DNA from: Utricularia gibba
Taxonomy: Eukaryota > Plantae > Magnoliophyta
Assembly: GCA_002189035.1 (NCBI GenBank)
Contig: CM007989.1
Span: 248,001 to 312,000 of the forward strand
Reading direction: 5' to 3'
DNA length: 64,000 nt
In this document: positions 47,701 through 60,234 of the stretch, piece by piece
How the letters are laid out: the number at the start of each line of letters is the position of its first letter
How positions within the stretch are numbered: the stretch's first letter is position 1
Translations under genes and position numbers: made by a program
The notes under the pieces: generated by a model
Database searches by the model: none
Seen by the model: the letters and a program-made list of their open reading frames with translations, nothing else
Told to the model about the DNA's origin: nothing

Positions 47701-50700
47701 TCAAAACTGCATATCAGAAACTCCATCCGCCAACTTCTCCACGTCTTGCTGTGAAAGCAGGCTTCTTTTGCCCATGGCGCCCTTCTTATCGTACGGCTGG
47801 GCCATCCTCTTCAGAAACTGCCATGCCATCACAGGATTATCCACCACCACCATGGAAATAACAACAAACCAATAAATAGAATGGCTGGATTTATCAGTTT
47901 GTTGGGACAAATAGAATTTACATCCCCAGAAATACACACAGCTTGAAACTGAGTGTAGCTGCTTACCTCTCTGGCGATGTGCACGGCCATGTCTGTGCTC
48001 AAGTTGAGGTGGGCATCACGTAAGTGCGATAGGATCCAACTGGGAAGCTTTGAACGCTTGTCATGTCGGCTGTACCTAATTGGAGACGATCAGAAAAACC
48101 ATCAGATGGCTCATTTCGTTTACCGAACAACAAGAAGAAGACAACAGGATGGGTGGGTGGATGGCTCATGTACCTCTTGTCAGCGAAAATCATCATCCCA
48201 TAATCAGCCTTTGATCGGATGACTCTTCCCACGCATTGTGCAGCTTGCCGCTGGACATGATGGCATGGAATGGTTGGTTAATTGAACAGATACAGGTAAC
48301 TACGAAGAGCCTTTAACAGAGTGTTGCATGAAGTACCAATGCATCAAAGGTTAGGAAATCTCCCTCCTTTATTTGGAAAGTCTCGCGTAAGTATTCCAAC
48401 CTCGCAAGCAGTATTCTGCAATCACGCACACAAGTTGTAAACTGGAACGAGTGGAATGTGATGCAGCAACGCATGTAACACAAATACGAAACAAAAGAAA
48501 AGCAATGACAGTTATTGCAACTGGCCTGCTCAACGTATACTGGAATGGAACTCCGAACATTATGACAAGTCTTCCGTAGTGCCGATCGAAGTCTATGCCT
48601 TCGGCTACTTTTCCTCTGGAGAAGAAACAATGGATTAAAAATTACGAGAGTAAGCTACTGCATGATCATGATGTTCCACCATAATTACTGAAAACTACCT
48701 GGCAACTGAGAAGAAAACGGCACCTCTTCCACAATCACAAGCTCTTCGATAGTTATCCAATGCCAGTGTAGTTTCAACCACATCCTGAGTCTCTATGAAA
48801 ACAAGTTTATGCTGCATTATCTCCTGTCAATCATTAAAACAATAGCATGACAACTGAGAGAATGGAAATGACTGATCAAAGCCTGGAAAATTAATGTATA
48901 CCTTCAATATTCCTGATTCATGCCAGCTGTTAACAATTCCATCCATGTACGAGTAGCTGACAAAGAAGCAAACGACCCCATCTGGAACTATTGAAACCAT
49001 TTCAAGAAGAAGTTTTCCATAATTTTTCTCCACCCAGGATCACTTCGTAAATCATATTTCGTGCTAACAGGGAGCTGATCACTAGAATGATTCAAGCAGC
49101 GAATTGGATACGTTAGAGATGAAAGTAATACTATGCCATAAAAATAATGACTAGAAAGTACCTCCCCGAGTTAAAACCATTGGGCATATGCAATCCCGGG
49201 TCAGTGACATTGTGAAGGTTCGACTGACCACTGGATTGAAATTCAAAAGACGCGGATATAGATCAATGGGGCTCAGAGTCCCAGATGTAATGACCACTGA
49301 TTGAAACCGATCAAAAACAGGCCTTATTGCAAGAGAAGCATCATGGCAACAAAGCTGCAAGAAATAAATAAGAGATTAAGAATAAACAAGTTGAAAATCA
49401 TTGAGAAGCACGCCTATGCAACTAATTCTTCTAAGTGGCCAACTACGACGCTTTACCTGGAGCACTGGATCTGGTATATGCGGCATTCTCTCATCAAAAG
49501 GTTCAATTATAATAGAAAATCCTCGACTGTATGTTCCAACAAGTGTTGCCATATCACAAATAGTTTGGATGTGTAAGAATTCATCAGTGTCCGTTATCTC
49601 CAATGTCAACATGAGAGAATGGAGTCGATCATAACAGAATCTTAACATTTTTTGGTCGATCCCAACTTGTGCGTTGATAGAAGCAACAAAAGTAACTGGG
49701 CCCTCTTTTTCAACATTTTCAGTTTGCAGTCTTCCTTTAAGGTACTGAACCAGTCTACGCAGTACAGACAAGAAATGCTCCGCGCGCCGTAAATTCCCAG
49801 GAACTGCTTCTTTTAATATATCCTCCGGAGGGCAGGATTTGACAGCCAGGCATCGGTAACTGCATGAATATAAAGAAAACCAGTCTAATGATGGGAGTGA
49901 TCCAATACCTGAATGAGTAAAATGCACATAAACATACTAGGTAGGTTTCCCCTCTGTGCCAACCCCTCTACCAGCCGGTTATACTCAGCACGCAATCGAC
50001 CAACATCTGTGGCCTTTAACCTTCCTACCATATCAAAAAAAGTTAAGAATAACAAAACTACCCACCAAGTTCACTGCACCAAAAGTAAATAAAGATTCCA
50101 GCTTGAGATCGTTCAAGGATCATAATAGGATTTACATCAACGCATGAGGAAAACAACACACACCTTTCGATCTCCTGAGACATCCTACTCAAGTTCCTAG
50201 TTGCCCCTTCAAGTGTCTGCATCCTTACACTAACGCTAAGTGCCTCAATGCATACATTGTCAATATTATGTGCCTCGTCGAAAACAACAACGGACTCCCT
50301 CTGCATCTCGTTCGATATAATTGAAGCAACTTTGGGATCAAGTAGGTACTGGTAACTGTATACGACCACGTTTGCTAACTGAACCATGTGGCGCGCTAAA
50401 AAATAAGGGCACCACCCTTTCTCCTTTCCAAAAGTCCTCAAATCCTGTGGTAGCATAAAGTCAGCGTAACTATGTCCCATCAGTTAAAAAAGATCAACAC
50501 ATTGTAAAAATGATTTTTTTTAGCTACACACCTGCAATGTGTATACTCCAGGAGGCAAAAACGCATCAGAACCGGCGCGCTCATAATTCTCAAAAAAGGA
50601 ACATGTAGGAATATTGGGATTCTCGATTGACATTGCTCTGACCCAACTCGCAGTAAGCTTCCTACAACCAGAATCCACCGAATCCCGATTCTCAGCTGAT

Positions 50701-51065
50701 ACAACATCCGGGTTCACACACAAATTCTTCCTAGACGAAAGACCCAGAGCGAGAATCCTGGCTGCAGGACCCAAATTCTTGACCTGATAAGCGTGCAATA
50801 ACTTCAATTCCCCTAGGGTTTTTTCCATCTCATGGACAGTGCGAGTGCAGTAAAGAAGCTTGACAGGATTAGCGGGCTTAGACAAGGAGTAGCTTGTGAT
50901 CAACGAGAGAAGGGCAATGGTTTTCCCAGTACCGGTCGGCATCTCGAGAAGACAGTGTCCCTTTGCATCGAGGGCGCGCTTGAGTTCCACCATGTACGAA
51001 TATTGCTCGGGGTAAATGTTGTCGTATGGGAAATACACCGTCACATCTTCGATTCGGAATTTCAT
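47701..51065 (-). CDS. XPD: TFIIH helicase subunit XPD (UVH6/ERCC2); about 12 exons; apparent -1 frameshifts at 49827-49828 and 49033-49035; GC-AG intron 48416-48525
   Basis: [22 protein letters not shown], Walker [10 protein letters not shown], Fe-S cysteines (RKNLCVN, CRKLTA, CSFF, WCPYF), DEAH box [60 protein letters not shown]. Confidence 0.96.
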
Positions 51066-51386
51066 CTTCGCCGGGGCGGCGGACATGCAACAAAGATCCA
51101 AGGGCACCGCCGCAGACGTTGCGACACAAAAATTGAGAAATTACTTCGCCGCCGCCGCTGCTTGCTGCCCAAGTGTTTCTCTTTTAAATGCTATGTTTAA
51201 ATAGGAAGGTGAGATTATTATAATAAAAAATATTTGTAAATAAACCTTATTTCTCAACCAATCGAACACGATTAGCCGTATTTGTTAAACTATCCGAACA
51301 CGATTTATAAAAATAGAACATTATTAAAACCACCTAACGGAAAACAACATGTAAGAATTGGGCATTCGAGCTGTCGATCATGTGGA

Positions 51387-53322
51387 TCATTCGCGTCTAT
51401 CTTTCTGCAAAAGGTTACTAGGAATTTCACCCACGCACATTACACTCGTCTGCTCCATCAGTCTTCTGGTTTCTTCGTTCAGCTCCACACCATCTTTTCT
51501 CATCCTTTCTGAAACAATGAGAGGCATCTTGCCAGCTTTGGCGTAGGTGCGGAGGAGACAGTTATAAACTTGTGTGTTGACAAAGCCCTCATGCCGCAGC
51601 ATTTCGAGCAACTCCTCGGCGGCTCTGCAATTCCCCTGATCTTCGATCACACGAAATACTTCATGCACCATCTCTTCATCTGGATCCCATTTGCGAACAC
51701 TTTTGATGGCGGTTTTGAGGGAGTCAATGGCTTTGTCTACCTGCCCCTGTTTCGAGTAGCCCCAAGTGAAGAGCTCCCAAGTTGTGTAGCAGGGTTCTAT
51801 GCCTTTGTTTTCCATAGCAATTTTGAATGCGTCGGCAGTTTCCATCTCATTGCTGTTGATGTATGCAGCCAGAAGCAGATTTGGGATTCTTGGATCCTTT
51901 GTTGGAGAGACAGACTCCCATTCCCGGTACACCTTCTCAGCTTCCTCGCGTTGTTTAAGCTTCAATAAGGATGAGATCATGCCTGTGTACTCCGCATCAG
52001 TCAGCTTGCGGTATAGGGATTTCATCTTCTTCCATAACCGATGAACCTCATTTTGGTTTCCAAGATTGGTGTGCAAACTGATGAGAGATCCATAAGCTAT
52101 TCTAACTTTTTTAGACACTTTCTTCTCCATCTCCTTCAACGCCAACTCTGCTTTCTTTACGAGTTTACTCTTCGTGTACATGCTGGCCAGTGTGCTGTGT
52201 GTCACCCAGTCTGGTTCTATTTTTGCCTTCATCATTTCGACAAATATCTCCTCCGCAACTTCAACCAGATTTTGGGAGGCACATGATGAGAGCAACAGAT
52301 TATAGGTGACAATATCAGGGGAAGTTGCCTTCTTCAGCTTCTTCATCAAATCTGAGATCTTTTCCATCTGACATGTAGAAACATATAGGGAAAGCATGTG
52401 ATTGAATGGAAGAGGCTTTTCAAGAAACCACATATCGACATTTTCTCCATCAGCGCCTCAGCTTTGTCAGCATCATTGTTCTTGATATAGGCATGTAGAA
52501 GAGCACTACATGTTGCGTGATCTCGCATTTTCTCTGGTAATTCTTCAAAGAAACTCTCCGCACTGCTGAGACCTCGCAACTTTGCAATCAAATCCAAATG
52601 GAGAGCATAGTCCCCTGAAAGAAGCTTCATGTCTTCCTGCAACACCATCCATTCACATACCTGCTAAAAAAAAAGACATTATAAGCCATGCATAACCAAC
52701 TGAAGAACTCTGTGATGACAAAACCGCTTATCATTAGCACGTCAGTTGTGGAGATGATAGAGCAGTATCTAAAACTGAATAGCACACTGAATATTCCAAC
52801 CAACTCATGGATATAGGAGAAGTTCTTCAGGCTGAATCTTGATAATCCTCTTGAAATTTGACCACAACAAACACTGAATGCTATTGATGAGTCTAGAAGA
52901 GATTCGTCACCCAAATGCTTAAAAATTCCTCTATCATGCCAATTAGGAGCGAGGAAATTAAAGAGAACAACGGAATTAGAAAGAACGATGGGCGAATATT
53001 CGACCTCGAGAGCATGTTTGTAACGCTTAAGCTTTCGGAGCTCGCGAACTATGCGGTTAAGCTCGTACTTCTGCACCACGTGCCCCTGCTCCTTCCATTT
53101 CCTTATGGTGATCACTGCGCTGCGTTTCGAGTACGTCAGAGCGAACAGCCGCCGTCCCAACGAGTCCCAGCCGCCGCCACTGGAAGGCCTAGGCTCATCT
53201 CCGACTGCGTTTCTTTCTTCTCTTGAGAGCGTCTTCTGCGCCGAAGAGCTTGTGACTGCCGCATCCGCAGTGAATGACCGCCCAGCGGCGGCGACGATCC
53301 GTTGAACAGCACGGCGCCACAT
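51387..53322 (-). CDS. P-class PPR protein, probably mitochondrial (resembles At4g02820); exons 53322-53005, 52660-51387; apparent -1 frameshift at 52414-52415
   Basis: Transit-peptide-like N-terminus; DSLGRRLFALTYSKRSAVITIRKWKEQG...KYELNRIVRELRKLKRYKHALEVCEWM; GDYALHLDLIAK; PDIVTYNLLL; NTQVYNCLLRTYAKAGKMPLIV.ERM.KD.VELNEET. Confidence 0.92.
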
Positions 53323-53393
53323 TTCGGCCGAAAACGTGAAGCGGCGTCGCCATTCAGCGAAGCTTCGAAGGCCTAGATACCTGAGAAGTACGA

Positions 53394-53434
53394 GCCCATA
53401 ATTATTTTGAACTCCAGAGCCCACAATAAGCCCA
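53394..53434 (-). promoter_or_regulatory. Three site II-like motifs (TGGGCT on minus; AGCCCA on plus) upstream of the mitochondrial PPR gene
   Basis: gagcccata, gagcccaca and aagcccact within about 110 nt upstream of the ATG; site II elements are typical of nuclear genes for mitochondrial proteins. Confidence 0.5.
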
Positions 53435-53985
53435 CTTACGCTTTATGCGTATTTTCCGATAAAAATAATAATATTCCCCTCCCCAAATTACGACTTGTAA
53501 TCATATTAATTCCATTCCTTCAATTTTATTAAAAATTATTTAATTATAGTGTGTTCCATAAAAAATTTTAAGTCTATTTTTACTTTTAATTTATTTTTAT
53601 ATTTAATTCTATAAAAAATATTTTAAAATTTATATTGAAATAATTAAAAATAAAACTAGGTTATTTCTCACGTTTCAATTCACATTTTTTCAAATATAAT
53701 GTTTTCAGAACTCTCAAAAATTATTTCTACTTCAATTTCTTATTTATAATTAAAAAAAATCACTCAGGTTTAATTTATGTCACGGGAGGTCCCCACAATA
53801 TGGGGCCCATAATCCAGCACCTACGCACTTGTAATTTTAACACCCTTTTTGGGTATTGACCTCCTTTTGACGCAGTAAAAATTGAAAAACAGAACACAAC
53901 ATAGATAATTTATGCAACAATTGATGGCAACGCAGAGAGAACAAAAAGCTCAATTTATTTAAAAATAAGGAAAGAAAAAAGTGAG

Positions 53986-55145
53986 TCAACGATGGTTTGT
54001 TTGCGTTGACCGCGGCTGCGGCGGTTTCCGGCCAGATTCGACGAGGCGTTGGGCTAACTTACCGATCATCTCTCCGTTAGTCTCGGTCGAAATTCTCTTC
54101 CCGCCAAACGGAAATGTGGTGACTACTCTCTCGGTCAACACTTGGTGATTAACGCCGTATCCCTGGTGAAAAACGTCGTCACTGACTATTCAGTGTAATG
54201 AATGACGCGAGTTTTAAAAGTTACCTGGATTCGGTAGTAGTCGTTGGGATTCCAGCAGAAAGCGTTTCCAAGGATTTGATCGAAGGTTTCAGAGGCGCCG
54301 TCGAGGACAACGGCGACTAGGGACGACGTCGACAGTTTGCCCCTTCTGCTAAGTTTCATTGTCGAAGGCATGGTCGACGGGGCGGCCCCAATAGAGAGCA
54401 CAAGAAGATCTCCGAATCCAGTCACCGCGGGAAAATCATGCTTATTGTGCAGAACGTGAGTGACCGCCGCCACGGTAGGGTTGTTCATCACGAGACCGCC
54501 ACCGACGGCAATGCAGGACGTTTTCCCATCTCGCGATGATAACTCATACGGCTTAAACATCGGGGGCATCGCCGTCGTAGCGCGGATGACTTTCCATAAA
54601 TCGAAATCAAAGCTCGGAGACTCAGCCGCCGCCGCAGTGGAGAAGACGAACGGCGCTGAGGTGTTCAAATCAAAACAAGGGACAAGAAGAGGCTTTACGG
54701 TGTCGTTTAGAGTTAATAGTTTTCCGTCATTTCTACAAAATGTTTTCTTTAAAAAACTTTCCATGCTCCCGCTCCAGAATCTTTTCTTGAAGAAGACGCC
54801 GTCGTTTTTGGTTTTGAACAATCTTGCCCTAGCCTCGGCCACCAAAACGGCGGTGTCCTTGGCGGTGAAAGCCGCCCGTGAAGATCCATCATCCGCAACA
54901 AGCATCGCGGCGAAGAGAGCCCCCAATCCACTTCCGGCAACGATATCGAAATAATCCGCGATCCGAGCGTCAGGATCGCCGGATTTCTCCCGGATCTGAT
55001 CCTCTAGATGAATCAACGCTGCACAAGCCGTAGAATCCAGGGCGGTTCCGCCGCCATCGATACTGAGAACACGAGTTTTCTTCCCCTCCAGCCACTTCCT
55101 CTCCAATTCTGAGAAAATCTCCAACGCCACCTTGCTGTATTCCAT
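53986..55145 (-). CDS. PLP9: Patatin-related phospholipase pPLAIII-delta (PLP9-like); exons 55145-54225, 54162-53986
   Basis: SKVALEIFSELERKWL, RVLSIDGGG, FDIVAGSGLG, KPLLVPCFDLNTSAPFVFS, FDFDLWKV.RAT, GGLVMNNPTVAAVTHVLHNKHDFP, DQILGNAFCWN.NDYYRIQ, PFGGKRISTETNGE. Confidence 0.9.
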
Positions 55146-57131
55146 GACTTCCGACTGGAAAACCCAACTTCACAAGCTGATGCCGATCCTTGACGGGGAC
55201 AAATACCTCGTGGAATGAGTTATAGCTCTGAGTTGGTATCTATTACAGACACAGTAACTGCGTAAATGTGGATTCTTCTGCTGTGAAAGTGAATGAGCTC
55301 CTGCATGGCCGAGAGGGCGAGCGAATCGGAAATGAGCTTTGACGCAGTTGGTGAACACCGCAGGTTTTCCATTTAATGATACAGACTGGAGGAGAGAGGG
55401 AGTATGGTATCCCGCCCTGCGCCTTACACCAGCTGATTCTCACTATGGTAAAAGGCGTGTTTTTTTTTTTACCGTCCATGGCTGTTCATCAATTAGGTAA
55501 ATACATAAATGACATTGAAGTGTAAGTTTCACTGCACGGCCGTCTTGCCTACACAAATGGTAACTCTAAAACACACTTCCTATGGTAACCGCCTCCTCCA
55601 ATTCATGAAATTCGGTAAATTTTACCAAAATTAATGTCTTACTAATAATCCTACACTTTAAGAATTAAAAAGCAGTAAAAATGTTAGAATTAGAGATCTA
55701 AAATTCAAGATGATTTATATGCTATGAAATGATTTTTTTAAAATTATTGAATAAAAACCAAAATGATTAGTCATAAGTAACTTTTCAAATGATGAACCTA
55801 TTATATCAAACAATTTCATATCGAAAAATTAAAATAATATATAAATTATATACAAATTGTAAAACATTAGTAATCTATTTAATTTTAAATTTTTCAAAAG
55901 TAATGAGTTTTTATGTAATTACACTTCATATATATAATTATTCAATTTACATCATTAATTTCAACATTGTATCTCTACTTAATTTGATAGTCAAGATTGG
56001 TCATTCGCCTAGTTTAAATTTCACTTAAAAAAAACAATGATCGCCGACCCGACAAGGTAAAATATAATTTTTATCAATTAAATTATTTAATTAATAATTT
56101 ATTTATTGGATATCAACTTTTTTAATACACTCGGAGAAATTTGGCAGACGCCCGTGGAGAGAGAGGCGTTCGCTGCCTCGCTTATCACACAAAACGATGG
56201 TGTTCGCGAAATTAGTGTATCGGCAGCGGCAAGACGTAGTCAAGGCGTTATCAGCTGTCCTGCATTCTGTTTCCGTCCCCATCCATTGCTCTCAGGGCGT
56301 AGGACTGAGAGCTTGAAAGCGCAGGGCAGGGGATTCTTTTCCACGTTTTCGTCCTCGTGCTCGGATTTCGAGAGTTTTAGGGTTCCGAGATCACCCAACA
56401 ACTGGTGGCGATAGCAAAGCGAAGGACGTACAATTAAGTGAATGTGTACTCCTCCTTTGGGCGAGGCAGCGATGCACCAAACGAATCGCAGCACTCTTGA
56501 GGTAAAGAAGCAGGTAGTCTTCGGATTCGATGCCCGCAAATCACACGATTCCGCCGAAGAAGACGAACAAATTGGCGCTTCATCGGCAAAAAAGTAGCAC
56601 CCCCAAATGCAGATAGTACGTACACTTTGCCTTTCTTCTTGATATTTTGCTGGCAACTCGTTTTTGTTCGTTGGGCTCTGGAATCGAAGGCCCATATGAC
56701 CCAGCCCAACTGTGCCCTTTTTTTGTTTTTTTTCTATACTAAAAAGAGAAAATCGAATAAAGTAATTTATTTGAGATTTTAAATTTCTTTTTTCTGAAGG
56801 CTCTGACGAGTGAAGTGAACAAGACGATGAATTGAAATCTTGCGGAGAGGATTTGAAGTAAAATGGTATAAAATTGCTTTGTTCCTTGTGTCGGGATATT
56901 GGAACCGTTTCGCCACGTTGGCGCCGGCGAATTCTGTCCATCGGATGGGATTTCATCCGACAGTGTAGCCTGTTGTTGTGTGTGTTTGAAAACGACATCG
57001 GAGGGATTCCAGATGAGCCTGGGAGAGAGACCCGCAAAAAGCACGACCAGAGAGAAAAAAGAGGATGCAGATTGTGAGGAGGTGGAGAAGCGCAGACACG
57101 AATTCACAGTGATTTCGGTGAGTACTGACCG

Positions 57132-60032
57132 ATGGAGAGGAATGTGCTGATGACGATGAACGGTATGTCCGGACGGCGTCGGAGGATTACAGTCCAGAGA
57201 GCTTCATCTGGTATTGGGTCATTCCGGGTTTTACATCTCTGTCCATTTTGTGTGTTTCTTTTTTTTCTTTCGTTAATAGATTTTCGTGTGTTTAGATGAA
57301 CATGCACGATATGGATTGCCGGAGATGGGGAGGTTCACCGGTGGGGAGTATCCGAAGAGAAGGATAGATACTCTGGAGGGTAGCGGGGAGGGAAGTTACA
57401 CGGGGGAGCAGACCTGGTGTGCGAGCGACGAAGAATACTCCGATGACGGTAGAGTGCTGAAGGAAAATACATCGGTTTCCTCTTTGCTCAGTGCCCCTGG
57501 TGCGTCGCCGATATCGGACGAGTTACCGTTGATGGAGCACTAGGTTTTTTTGTTCCCAGAAAAGCACGCTCCGGTACGTGTCCGTGTCCCAGTCTCAACC
57601 GCGTAGATTTTTCTTATAATTTCTGCTTCTTTTTTTGTGAAGATACGAGAAGGGATTGTCGGGTTTCAGAGATGAGCCAACAGAAAAATGCAAAACCTGC
57701 TTCATGTCCCGGTGGCGCATCAAAGAGGAAGATGGTTTGCTCTTTTTGGGGTGTTCATCTTTCTTCGATAGAACTAGATTTTGTGGGGGATTTTTCAATT
57801 CAATTCCTTTTATATGCAGACAGTTTCGGAGTCAAGAGCAGGGCTACCGAATCTCGCATCAGATTCCTCGTCTTCCTCAACAACTCAAGCTGAAATGGAG
57901 GTTGCTGAAGCTCTTTTCGACCTGATGAAGCAATGTCAACCTATTGAACGAGACCCACAAACAGAAAAACTCGAGAAGGATAAAAGGAACTACGTTCATC
58001 ATGGTAACTTTCCAATTACTTCTCCCACGTGATTCTGAATCAGTGAACCATTCTTAGAAGTGAAAATGAATATGAAAGCAGAGGAAATTGTCGTGAAGTC
58101 AATAAGAGTATCGAAGACTCAAGTGACCATCAAGAAAAGGAAACCTCAGACTGAAAACCTTTGGGGAGTTACTGCATGGACATGAGTTTACGAACAAAAG
58201 AGAAATCGATTCGCTATCATGTGCTACAGTTAATGTTGAGGGTATCCAAAATCCGATGGCGACAAGCGCGTGAGAATGCTCTCCACTTTCCCTTCCTTTT
58301 GTTACTTGCTTCTCGTTGTCGTCAGTTGCGGATGTTCGTTTTCTCTTTGACAGATACCCGGGTAGGAAACATGTAGTTGAAGTAAAAAAGGGTGCAAAAT
58401 GTCATATTGATTTGATGGTAAGCACATTTGTGTGACTGATTTAATTGTGAGCACATTGGATGCTCTTATAATTTTTCATTTGTTCGCAGGCACCTCTGCC
58501 TATGGCATCGCCTCCTGAGAGAGGTCTCATGGTTGATGCTAAGGTCGAGTAATATGCGCTGTTTTCTTGTTCCTTTGTTGTATGTTATACATATAATTCT
58601 CATCCAGTCACAAAATCGGTGCAGAATGGAGACCAGAATACCAAAAATGACGAATTAATGGTTCCTTTTGCATCCAAAGTGCTAGATGAAAAGCCTGGAG
58701 TTTCACCGCACCTGGTCCAACGTAACACATATTAAAAGCTTTAGGCTAAAATTTCAAGAGTTGTGTGGCCTGAGCATTCTATGTTTTTTTCTTCACAGAG
58801 CCAACTCCCTTCTTACCCAGTGGAATGACGAACTGGAAACTGCCGCAGCTTCATGAAGGTTATCCGATGGAAGCTAATGCTAGATCTTGGATCATGTCGA
58901 AGGTGGCTTTACAACTAAATTTTTGGCTGATGATTCGTTAGCCATTTGGTTCATGTGCATGTTTTTTATTGCTCGCAAAATGTGCAGGTCCCACAGTTTA
59001 AGTTGCCTCAGCCTCGAAAGAAAAGCGTGTTGCATGATCACATTGCTCGCAGCATTCAACATCACCAAAAACTAACAAGCAAGTGCTTAACACCAGGCCC
59101 AACTGCTCCTGCTTCTCCATATGGATCCTAGGTGATGAATCTGCATACCACGTTAGCAGCACAAAGCAGGTTGGGTGATTTTCTGGCCACAAAGAACTTA
59201 GTTGCTGTCAGACCAGCATTGAGTTCAGATGTTATTTCATCATCACCAAATGATCATACTCTACTCCAACAAGCTCGTGCTAATGTTATTTCGGTGAGTT
59301 CATGAGATCTTTGTTTGTATGGATAAATCTTGATTTGCGTTGGCGTTTGGTTCATTACCTTGTTTGGTGGATGCAGTGTGGCCCGGGCCTTAGCTGTCAG
59401 AATAGACAGGACCATTTATCAAAAAAAGTACCTTCCGGCTCGTCTGGCTCTGCAACTTGCGTTGCATCTTTGCCCTCTAATTCATCAGCGATGCCTTCGG
59501 CAAACTTCTCATTTCCTGGTGGAGTCTCAGCCGTGAGCTTGAATCATCCAGCTTTTCCTCCCGGGAAGCCGCATTCATCAGCTTGCTACAGAAAAGTGGA
59601 TACCAGGTTCCCCTCTCAGCGAACATTGCTCTTCCCCAGTTTAGAGAAGGGGGTTCCTCTCCAGCTTCGCATGCACCTAGGCATTCAGCCACACCCAAAA
59701 CAAGCTCCATCGGTGGTTCGTTGTCTCAGATTGAGCAGCCGAGGAGTTCGGGGAATGACCCGAAAGGTAGCTCACCCACTGTCAGCATAGCAACTTCTCC
59801 ATACGCAGATCCTTACAGTTCTCAGACTGGAAGCCTCTACAAATTTTTAAGCTACAACGCTGCTGGCCGAACAAATGATCCTGCAACTCCGATGCTCAAC
59901 TTCGTGTCAATGATGCAGAACCCTGCCACCTTCCAGTTCCTGCCTCGTGCGAATCAGCTAGGGAAGACAAGGGGCTACACACAGCAACAGCTTCATCCTC
60001 AAATGGCTAAAGTCACACGAAGAAATGGATGA
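57132..60032 (+). CDS. TIME FOR COFFEE-like protein (divergent, multi-exon); apparent frameshifts at 57516-57517 and 59563-59565, unresolved frame at ~58060-58140, in-frame TAG at 59129-59131; may be a pseudogene
   Basis: MERN...NGMSGRRRR exon 1; SDEEYSDDG; GFFVPRKARS; AEMEVAEALFDLMK; KCHIDLM|APLPMASPPER; QPRKKSVLHDHIARSIQHHQK; (E)AAFISLLQKSGYQVP. These match TIC/TKL conserved blocks (VPRKARS, EIEIAEVL, FEIDLMAPPP, QPRPKRCATH). Confidence 0.72.
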
Positions 60033-60234
60033 TGGAAATACTTGGAGTGGGAATCATCTTGCCCCACAATGGTTTTCTGGAGATGTTAGTAGTTATTATA
60101 TCACACGAAGTGGGTCTGTATATACATATATTCTTCTTCACAGGATGCTCATTCTTTGATACGTTCACAGGGTGTTTATCAACTTTCAGATACTGAATCT
60201 GATAGCAGATTGCAAGTAGAAGATACAGAGCAGC

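Noticed and set aside
54460-54954. 164-aa plus-strand ORF, and similar antisense ORFs over UGT, WSD1, PPR and FPP
   Set aside because: Antisense shadows of well-supported GC-rich CDSs, with no independent motifs.
56240-57037. 265-aa minus-strand ORF containing MDRIRRRQR, superficially like a TIC N-terminus
   Set aside because: The real TIC-like exons are on the plus strand from 57132; this ORF has no ATG context or conserved blocks and runs through A/T tracts.
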